A stretch of 64,000 bases of DNA from a virus (lineage: Duplodnaviria; Heunggongvirae; Uroviricota; Caudoviricetes). The notes under the pieces were generated by a model. That model was not told the origin of the DNA, did not search any database, and worked only from the letters and a program-made list of their open reading frames with translations. The position numbers were made by a program, and so were the translations under genes. The stretch covers positions 10,236-74,235 of the IMG/VR virus record IMGVR_UViG_3300029653_000083. The stretch is one strand, 5' to 3'. Positions 57,172 through 64,000 of this stretch are shown here, one piece after another; the first letter of the stretch is position 1; the number at the start of each line of letters is the position of its first letter.

Positions 57172-58761
57172 CAGTTTTCGGGCGGGGATGCCCGGTATTT
57201 CAATGCCGGGAGGAACTGCCCCCTCCTTTCGGTCTAAGTCTTCTTTCATTATACGCGCGTAGTGATATAATCGGAATCATGTCCCAGAAGGTCGTGATAG
57301 AACGAGTGCAGGTGCGGGGTGCCGCACCATATCTCGGCATGAGTGCGACCCCAGACGGGCAGCAGGCCCCCTTGTATTCGACCAACCCGGACATCGTGAT
57401 GCGCTGGCTGTGCGACGGATGGCGTTGCAGGTACAATCAGCTGCGCTCCCGTCGCACCAAGTGGGACAGGGAATCCCAGACGGCCGTCCCGTTGAACGGG
57501 AGGCCGGACATGCGTTCCGACCGTCAGGTTAGATTGGAATGCTCTTGGCTTGCGGCCATCCCCTCCATGGTGTTGCAATCCCCGAACAGGATAGAGAACA
57601 CGGACTGGTGGAGTGCGAACAAGCGTCGTAGGACGTTGAAGAAAAAGCATAGGAATCCGGGCATGATGCCACGGTTCAAATCACGTCATGACGACCTGTA
57701 TTTCGTCTGCTGGCACAATAAGGGCGCGAACGCGAACTACCGGCAGTTGAACCGGAATCACGGCGAGGTCGTCATCACCGGACAGAATCCGGGCGCGTAT
57801 CGTCTGGACGGGCAATCATGCCGTTACAGCATCCATATCCGTGTCCGGGTCAGCCAGCCCGTCCGTGACTATACGAGCGTGGGAGTGAATTGGACTAGAC
57901 GAACCCTCGTCTTCATCAACAATCCGTTGCCGATAAAACGTGAACGCACGGGGGCCATGGTCGGCTTGGACAGGGGTTGCGTCCACACGCTCGCCACGTC
58001 CGACAACACTTTCATCGACCTTCCCAAGGAACGGTTGAACCGTATCGACAGGGAGATACGCCGCCGCCAGAAAGCACAGGCGAGACGCGTGAGCATGTCC
58101 GGCAAAACATTGAAACAATACCGTCAGCATGCAAGCCGCACCTATGAGCGCACCGGCAGGGAAATCGGCCGACTGTACGCGAAAGCCCACCGAATCATAG
58201 ACGATTGGCAACACAAGACCACCACCGGTCTCGTCAAACAATACGACCTCATCGTATTGGAAAACCTCAACCTGCAAGACATGAGCCGTAAGGCGAAAGC
58301 CAAACCAGACCCGGAAAGGCCGGGCGCGTACCCGCATAACAGCCAGTCGGCAAAACGTGGACTCAACCGTAGTCTACGTGCGGCAAGCCTTGGCGGAATC
58401 GTCGGCAAACTCGAATACAAAACACAGTTAACCGGACGAAACCGTCTCATACTCGTCAACCCCGCGTACACAAGCCAGACATGCAGTGAATGCGGTTATT
58501 GCGACAGTCGAAACCGTGAAAGCCAAGCGGACTTCGAATGCAAGCAATGCCACATGAGCATGAACGCCGACTTGAACGCGGCCAACAACATCCTCAAACG
58601 GGGATTGGACCATCTCATCGGCTTGGACGAAGCCGAGCACGCCGAAACGGAATCAGCCGTCCAACCCGCTTATCGCGGGAAGAACGCTTCCACCATGACG
58701 TGCAAAACCTCAACACGATAAGTGTTGGAATCCCGGTGTTTCAACACCGGGAGGACGTCAA
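57172..58761 (+). mobile_element. Non-autonomous IS200/IS605 (IS1341-type) element, tnpB only
   Basis: Left-end hairpin CCCGGTATTTCAATGCCGGG; right end GAAT-CCCGGTGTTTCAACACCGGG-AGGACG-TCAA; the two ends are similar in sequence; no tnpA inside. Confidence 0.85.
57279..58721 (+). CDS. tnpB: TnpB RNA-guided nuclease (480 aa, long atypical N-terminus)
   Basis: GLDRG (D), IVLENL (E), CSECG..CKQC, NADLNAANNI (D) intact; PRFKS motif. Confidence 0.9.
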   Translation: MSQKVVIERVQVRGAAPYLGMSATPDGQQAPLYSTNPDIVMRWLCDGWRCRYNQLRSRRTKWDRESQTAVPLNGRPDMRSDRQVRLECSWLAAIPSMVLQSPNRIENTDWWSANKRRRTLKKKHRNPGMMPRFKSRHDDLYFVCWHNKGANANYRQLNRNHGEVVITGQNPGAYRLDGQSCRYSIHIRVRVSQPVRDYTSVGVNWTRRTLVFINNPLPIKRERTGAMVGLDRGCVHTLATSDNTFIDLPKERLNRIDREIRRRQKAQARRVSMSGKTLKQYRQHASRTYERTGREIGRLYAKAHRIIDDWQHKTTTGLVKQYDLIVLENLNLQDMSRKAKAKPDPERPGAYPHNSQSAKRGLNRSLRAASLGGIVGKLEYKTQLTGRNRLILVNPAYTSQTCSECGYCDSRNRESQADFECKQCHMSMNADLNAANNILKRGLDHLIGLDEAEHAETESAVQPAYRGKNASTMTCKTSTR

Positions 58762-59066
58762 GGAAGAATCCTCAGATTTTTAGAAAAAGTTCCTTCGGGG
58801 GGTTCTATGCCAGCTTGCTCATACGTGACATCCCCTGCAAGGAACTCAAACAGAAAATCCAAAGCCGCCAGCAGGGCCTCGATAATCACCACGACGGACG
58901 GAATGGCCAGAAGCCCGACCGCATACGTTCCAAATACGAGATGAAGCAACACAATCGCCAGCAACGTGAACACGAACACCGCCAGCAACAGGCTGAAACC
59001 CCGATGGAAAGCTTTCAACAATTCGGCTTCGATTCTACGAAACCTTAATCTCGTTTTCTTCGACAT
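58758..59066 (-). CDS. Membrane protein ending at the IS right end; probable original C-terminus at 57088-57171
   Basis: Stop codon supplied by the IS end; across the IS an open frame VMDDARMFAAVLKASRKSGKSKKGDAH* continues. Confidence 0.6.
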   Translation of the reverse strand: MSKKTRLRFRRIEAELLKAFHRGFSLLLAVFVFTLLAIVLLHLVFGTYAVGLLAIPSVVVIIEALLAALDFLFEFLAGDVTYEQAGIEPPEGTFSKNLRILP

Positions 59067-59305
59067 GCTTTTCTTGCCTCCAATCGTCCACCGACAGGAG
59101 AAACAACGCCAGTGGAAACACGACTAGAAACAGTATGCCGCATACGACGAAAGGCAAACCCCAATACCAAGAAAATCGTTTCAGCAGAAAAGAGCCGACA
59201 AGCCCCAACAGGGACACCATTCCGGACAGCAAGTACAAACCCAGACCATACCGGAACATAGCATAGGACGCTCGCTCAAGGAACGTTTCGTTCTCCTCCT
59301 TCATG
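59035..59305 (-). CDS. Two-TM membrane protein (likely start MKEENE)
   Basis: AAGGAG SD; two hydrophobic segments. Confidence 0.55.
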
Positions 59306-59878
59306 TCAGCGCTCCTTTCCGGTCGGATTCCACACGCCATCAGACTTGTCCAGTTTCGCAAGACCACGGGCTTGCAGACGGTAGGCGATTCGATTCTGCG
59401 ATTCGGTCAGCTCCTTGTCCTGCCAGACGGCGGACAGGACGGTCTGTTCCTCGTCGGTCAGCATGGACTCCAATAGTCGGATTCGACGTTCCAAAGTCTT
59501 CTTGGCGCGGGTGTAACCGGACTTGTGGTCGCAAGCGAGTTCGGCCATGCCCTTCCAGAATCCTCGCATATTCTGCCAGTTGAGCCGGGCGAGCTTCCTC
59601 AGCATACGCACTGCTTCATCATCTGTGTGGAAGTCACAGTAAGGTGGAACAAACGAGTCGAGAGGATAGAGTCCAAGAGGCTCGTAGGGGCTTTCCTCCT
59701 TCGCACGGTTCAGATACCAAAGGGCTTTCTTCAAGTCTTCCAGACCGTTCTTGCCCTGCCAGCGGTACACGTATTTGATTGCGTTGCCTCCTAGGAACGG
59801 GTATCGTGATGTCAGTTCGATGCACTCGAACGGGCCTGACGTGTAGTGGCTGGGGTGGTTGACGTTATCGTTGCTCAA
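59306..59878 (-). CDS. DUF3310 (SaV / T7 gp1.7-like) domain protein
   Basis: DNVNHPSHYT..ECIE...GNAIKYVYRWQGKNGLEDLKKALWYL; motif promoter at 59905-59923. Confidence 0.85.
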   Translation of the reverse strand: MSNDNVNHPSHYTSGPFECIELTSRYPFLGGNAIKYVYRWQGKNGLEDLKKALWYLNRAKEESPYEPLGLYPLDSFVPPYCDFHTDDEAVRMLRKLARLNWQNMRGFWKGMAELACDHKSGYTRAKKTLERRIRLLESMLTDEEQTVLSAVWQDKELTESQNRIAYRLQARGLAKLDKSDGVWNPTGKER

Positions 59879-59928
59879 ATTTCTCTCCTAAACAGTAGGC
59901 TGTATGTGAACGCTTCCAGTATAGCATA

Positions 59929-60435
59929 CTATTTTCTAACGGGGGCAAGAGCCTTGCGATACGCCTTGGAAAGCTCATCATACGAACGCTTCAAAGACAT
60001 CGCCTTCCGCTTGTCGCCATCCAAATCCGTGGAGCAACGCAGATTCTCATATTCCTTCGGCTTCTTGCCTTGCAAAGCAGCCAACGTGTCCAAATCATAT
60101 GATTCGTCCAACTCGTTGAACTTGGAAGACACCTGAGCATACAGCCGGAGCGACTTATTATACGATTCCGTCATCCTGCTGACTTGTTGGAAACAGTCGT
60201 TCTCCGCCTCAACATGGGCACGCTTCGCCTTGCCTTGGGTATCCCACCAATAGTATCCGCCGCCACAACACAAGGACAGGGCGACAAGAACGGACAGTAC
60301 GGCGGCTATCCTTTTCTGCACACGCTGTCTCGCCCATTCCTCACCATCCCTCACCCCGGCGGCGATAAGACTATCAAAAGAAGGCGTCTCGCCTATCGTC
60401 GTCGGTCGGGCTTGTCTGTTTGAATGCCTTCCCAA
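59929..60435 (-). CDS. Single-TM coiled-coil protein
   Basis: MGRHS start; TM ending LCCGGGYYWW, similar to LLCGGGYY in 35399-38083. Confidence 0.65.
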   Translation of the reverse strand: MGRHSNRQARPTTIGETPSFDSLIAAGVRDGEEWARQRVQKRIAAVLSVLVALSLCCGGGYYWWDTQGKAKRAHVEAENDCFQQVSRMTESYNKSLRLYAQVSSKFNELDESYDLDTLAALQGKKPKEYENLRCSTDLDGDKRKAMSLKRSYDELSKAYRKALAPVRK

Positions 60436-60441
60436 TTATGG

Positions 60442-60831
60442 TCAGTCCTTGAAACTCGGGAAAGATAAGTCCAGCCTCGGCTCAAACTCCGAACAATACA
60501 CGGGAGAGCCTTCACAGAGGGCACGGTTGAGGTTTTCAGCGAACTTGTATGCCTGTAGTCTCCGTTCAGGCTCACTGCCTCGCAAGCATTTGCTGGCGGG
60601 AGTGTCTTGGAACCCGTGGGCGTCCTTCTGTGCCTTGGTGAGAAGGTTCTGCAACTGTCCGACGGTCAGCGAAGTGGCCTTCCCCGCTTCCAGTCTTCCG
60701 GTCTCACGCAGTTTTTGGATGGCATACTCGTTGTGGGACAAGTCCAAGCATGTATGCCATTGAGTTTTTCCTTCCGGATTGTCTCCCAGTAGAAGCGTTA
60801 CCCTTCTGGTGTCCTCTGCGAGTTCCGACAT
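60442..60831 (-). CDS. Hypothetical protein (likely start MSELAED)
   Basis: AAAGGAAA SD; the upstream extension in the track overlaps another gene. Confidence 0.55.
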   Translation of the reverse strand: MSELAEDTRRVTLLLGDNPEGKTQWHTCLDLSHNEYAIQKLRETGRLEAGKATSLTVGQLQNLLTKAQKDAHGFQDTPASKCLRGSEPERRLQAYKFAENLNRALCEGSPVYCSEFEPRLDLSFPSFKD

Positions 60832-60848
60832 TATGTTTTTGTTTCCTT

Positions 60849-61118
60849 TCAGTTTTTCAGGCCGTAGTAGACGACCCCGTTTGTTTCTTTTGTGCGGTCG
60901 AACAGTTCGTGGCCGCGTTGTGTGGTTTCGATGCTCCTGATTACGACTTCCGGCGCGTCGAAAATGGTCATGGGTTCCTGTCCTGCAAGTTTCGCCCACT
61001 GGTTTTGGATGACGGTGAGCGTGACCCGGCTGTTGGAGTCGAGTTGTCGGCATTGTCGCTCGTGCTGGTGTTTGCGCACGTAGTCGGATGCGACATCGGC
61101 CAGTGTGGTTCTAGGCAT
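60849..61118 (-). CDS. Hypothetical protein (start MPRTTLAD)
   Basis: AAGGAA SD; motif promoter at 61143-61161. Confidence 0.6.
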   Translation of the reverse strand: MPRTTLADVASDYVRKHQHERQCRQLDSNSRVTLTVIQNQWAKLAGQEPMTIFDAPEVVIRSIETTQRGHELFDRTKETNGVVYYGLKN

Positions 61119-61174
61119 GTGTTTTCCTTGCTTTTGCTTGAATGTGGTTGATTCCAGTATAACAAGGAAATGTT

Positions 61175-61578
61175 TCAAATTTGGCTTTTACATAAATTCC
61201 GACGCCAACGGGCGAAATATATCCAAGCCGGAATGTCGGCGGAAACCGCCGCCACACCAATCAAGCCAGTCAGAATAGGTCGGACAATCATATCCTCTGG
61301 TTCCGAAACCGGCATGAACCAGAGAAGCGGCACCGTTCCAGCCAAGACAACAATACTTACGGCGAGCATGACGAATAGCATGACCTGTTCTATGGGATGT
61401 TTGGGTTTATCTGTTTTAGTCCGCGACCTTTTGATTTTTGGCGGCTTACCGTCATGCTTGCCATGTCTGCCATACATGGTGGTCTCCCTGTTGTCTGGAT
61501 GGCTGGACGCCATGCGTGTGATGGACGCGGGGTTGATGACGGTGGTGAGTTCCCCGGTGTCTTCTGATTGTGGTCTCA
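61175..61578 (-). CDS. Two-TM membrane protein (start uncertain)
   Basis: Motif promoter at 61596-61614 lies inside the tracked ORF, implying a later start; two hydrophobic segments. Confidence 0.5.
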
Positions 61579-61725
61579 AAAATACTCCCTCTCTATGTAG
61601 ATAATCCCAGTATAGTACGTGATAGTACATAGTTTTTTCTCGCGCATCACAAAACGGATAGTCAAAGTCGATAACAGAAAGGAGCGTGTCCAAAAACGCG
61701 CTCCTTAAAAACAAGCCAACAGACA

Positions 61726-62259
61726 CTACCAGTCGACGAGCATGTCGCCGTGGACGATTTCTCTCGCATACTTAATCAGGTCGGCGTCCGATTCGACACT
61801 GGGGTCGTCCACCAGCCTTTTCAGAGTGTGTAACACCGCTTGCTCGTATCCTTCCCAAAACTCTTTCGGAAGATATTTGCTCCAAAAATATTCCCCCATG
61901 AAAGCCACGCAGGGTTTGCACATTCGGACTATTGGAATATGCTCTTTCGGAGCGTTCTCGTCTCCCATGGTGAGGACTTCCAGATAAACGTACTTTTTAT
62001 CCGCTTTGAAGAACAGAATGTTCTCTTTTGCTGGATTAGGGTCGCCTTCCAGTACGAAGTCCGGGTCTCCGAAATGCATCCCGAATACGATTCCAGCATC
62101 GTAATTGTTGAGCCGATTGACGCAATCGCGGAGTGCTGAACTGTTGCATCGACACCAGTTCGGATAATCCGATAACGACACCTCGCATCTGGCACATGCG
62201 GGGCATTCTTTTTCTTCGTTTTCCAATATTATTCCTCTCTTTTTAGATAGCCGTTTCAA
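61726..62259 (-). CDS. Cysteine-rich hypothetical protein
   Basis: CPACARC..WCRC..C and CKPC motifs. Confidence 0.6.
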   Translation of the reverse strand: MKRLSKKRGIILENEEKECPACARCEVSLSDYPNWCRCNSSALRDCVNRLNNYDAGIVFGMHFGDPDFVLEGDPNPAKENILFFKADKKYVYLEVLTMGDENAPKEHIPIVRMCKPCVAFMGEYFWSKYLPKEFWEGYEQAVLHTLKRLVDDPSVESDADLIKYAREIVHGDMLVDW

Positions 62260-63241
62260 GCAGAACCGGGGGAAGACACTGTTTCCAATTGACTCGCAAC
62301 GCGCTCGTCAAATCGTTCATGTTCAATGCGAACAGTCCGGAATTCATTAAACCGTTCAATTCCACGATTGACACTTCACCGTTGATAAGACACAGGTCGA
62401 GCGTGTACGCGCCGTAACCGCAGTGGGCGAACATGCGTCCGGCTCGCGTGGCGAACTCACGGTATCGTTCCGCCAAGTCCGGTCTGAGTTCAACGTTCTT
62501 AACGGTGGTGTCGTCACGATGCTTCTGCATTTGATGGTCGAATCTCGTATGCATGTTGTCGATTGGTGTTTTCAACCCGATATTGCCAGCGCCGCAGACA
62601 GGCTGGTCGCCAACCATGAACATGCGATACTCATATTGGATATCGACATTCTCCTGAATAAGCAGAGCATTCGGGTCATCATCCGCATGAACAAACGCCC
62701 AACCTCCCCACTCCTGCACCTGCTGTTCAAGCTCGTCAAGATTAGTTCCGGAGATTTTCAAATTCGGTAGCAGTTTGGCTTGGTTCATGAATTTGATGAA
62801 GAACGACGAGACACCGTCACTAATAAGAGAAGCGAACGCATGTTTGATGTCATCCTCGTAGATGGAACTGAGTTTCGTCTTCCGATGCATGAGCATGCGC
62901 ACGTTGGGATTGATGGCGTAACGGTCGGCATGGGACGGGTCTGCATACTGGTCGATTGGCGGCATGTCCAACACTTGTCCGAAGTGCGGTAATCCGATTA
63001 GCCTCTTCGAGTCGAGGTCGGTTTTCCCATGCACTCGGACTATGGCGTCCTCACCTAGATTGCGGACGCCCCAGTAGAGTCGGGAACAGGTTTCAATCCA
63101 ATCCTCACGGTCTCCACCTTCCGGCTTGACCTTGCCGACGTACTTTTCCCATATTTGAATGTAATAGTTAGGGATGCCGGTCATGTCGTCAGGGCATTTG
63201 ACGGGTGGAATGGAAATGACCCACGGTTTCCTCTTGGTCAA
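62243..63241 (-). CDS. ATP-grasp domain protein (R2K/DUF4343-like)
   Basis: FFIK, LLIQENV..YEYRMFMV, AYTLDLC.....IVELN..NSGLF. Confidence 0.75.
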   Translation of the reverse strand: MTKRKPWVISIPPVKCPDDMTGIPNYYIQIWEKYVGKVKPEGGDREDWIETCSRLYWGVRNLGEDAIVRVHGKTDLDSKRLIGLPHFGQVLDMPPIDQYADPSHADRYAINPNVRMLMHRKTKLSSIYEDDIKHAFASLISDGVSSFFIKFMNQAKLLPNLKISGTNLDELEQQVQEWGGWAFVHADDDPNALLIQENVDIQYEYRMFMVGDQPVCGAGNIGLKTPIDNMHTRFDHQMQKHRDDTTVKNVELRPDLAERYREFATRAGRMFAHCGYGAYTLDLCLINGEVSIVELNGLMNSGLFALNMNDLTSALRVNWKQCLPPVLLETAI

Positions 63242-63535
63242 TTTGTGGCTCCTTTTTGATTGTTGTTGGCGTATTCGATTCCAGCCTTGAAAGCTTCCAC
63301 GGCATAATCGTGGAGTATTTCAAGCTGTCTGAGACTGAACCCGTCCTCCAAATGCGGGGACAGGTCTGGCAGGTTTTCTTCTATCGCCTCTTCCGACATG
63401 TTGGAGATATTCAATTCGCCACTTCTTTGTTTCATCCGGCGTTTGTAAACATCCCCAGTATAACAAGACATGAATGATATGAAAGATGAAACAGGGGTCT
63501 GAACACAAAACTAAGCCCAGACCCCCTATTCACCA

Positions 63536-64000
63536 TCAAAGACCATGCTTGGTTAGATACTTATTGTTGATGATTTTAAAGCAACGATTACGGCCCAACT
63601 CGTTGAATAGTTCATCGCTCAACTGTTCATCCTCTTTCGCATGCCAGACGATACCCTCGTCCAACAGGTTCGGAGTCACATTGCCGCGCAAACCGTCCAC
63701 TTTCGCAATCATGTCCATCACATCGCCGGTCGGCTTCCACTCGGTCTCATCCAACAGTGGGACGGCGTTGTCAAGCATGGCTTTCGGCCAATCCCTACGG
63801 TCGAGTTTCATATTGTCACGCCATACGGCGAACACGAATGGACGATAGGACGCCAGCTTCAACCTGTTGCCGTTGACACTTGGACCGCACAGCTCGAACT
63901 GGCAGACCATGCCTTTCTCCAACGCGTCAACCAATCCGGTTTTCACCGCCACCTGCATGTTCGTGCATTCCGGCTTCAACTCCCAATTGCGAGAGTAGAC
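63536..64000 (-). CDS. RNA ligase (Rnl2/DRB0094-like), C-terminal part, truncated by window end
   Basis: Frame open from 64000: VYSRNWEL, QFELCGP, FVFAV, EGIVW, FKIINNKYL nucleotidyltransferase motifs. Confidence 0.82.
   Translation of the reverse strand, partial: VYSRNWELKPECTNMQVAVKTGLVDALEKGMVCQFELCGPSVNGNRLKLASYRPFVFAVWRDNMKLDRRDWPKAMLDNAVPLLDETEWKPTGDVMDMIAKVDGLRGNVTPNLLDEGIVWHAKEDEQLSDELFNELGRNRCFKIINNKYLTKHGL

Larger units (their letters stand above)
6650..64000. mobile_element. Segment of a Bifidobacterium-type conjugative megaplasmid (pMP7017-like)
   Basis: Iteron origin with tandem RepA, VirB4/FtsK/CHAP transfer genes, LAQTG sortase substrates, GC-rich third codon positions, no housekeeping genes; host assignment is inference. 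Confidence 0.75.

Noticed and set aside
52542..58721. TnpBs as Cas12f or nuclease-dead TldR regulators
   Set aside because: No CRISPR array nearby, IS end hairpins are present, and all three RuvC acidic residues are intact in both

Overview
The window has two parts joined near 6.62-6.68 kb. Bases 1-~6640 are the end of a Firmicutes (Lachnospiraceae/Ruminococcaceae-type) conjugative element: topB C-terminus, a 1.3-kaa ArdA/ArdC/YodL polyvalent antirestriction protein, TTRAP, cysteine-rich VLP, SnoaL-like, DUF6050-like pseudogene and HTH genes. Bases ~6650-64000 are GC-richer, actinobacterial DNA that resembles a Bifidobacterium conjugative megaplasmid (pMP7017-like; inferred from gene content, not searched). 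It carries many small phage-like hypothetical genes, a Phd/YafQ toxin-antitoxin pair, two giant sortase-anchored adhesins, a tandem-RusA-like gene, an iteron origin with two tandem RepA paralogues, and a RecE-like/Xre/SSB module. It also has a transfer region (three FtsK-like ATPases, a four-domain peptidoglycan hydrolase, VirB4), two IS200/IS605 TnpB elements that each interrupt a gene, and DUF3310, ATP-grasp and RNA ligase genes. Most notable observations: (1) about 15 promoters share a -10 box fused to a DnaA-box-like 9-mer (TATACTGGAATTGTTCACA), which suggests a plasmid-wide regulon; (2) three proteins share an N-terminal tag, YNPxxxR[DN]PxG[KQ]W, and two of them sit just upstream of virB4, so the tag may be a targeting or export signal; (3) a single-chain RusA dimer has its catalytic residues split between the two halves; (4) the TnpB target motifs (TCAA, TCAC) can be read from the element ends, with the same 1-nt junction offset in both; (5) there is an apparent cross-phylum ICE-in-megaplasmid junction. 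No CRISPR array, rRNA or tRNA was seen. All family calls come from motif recognition by eye, not database searches.
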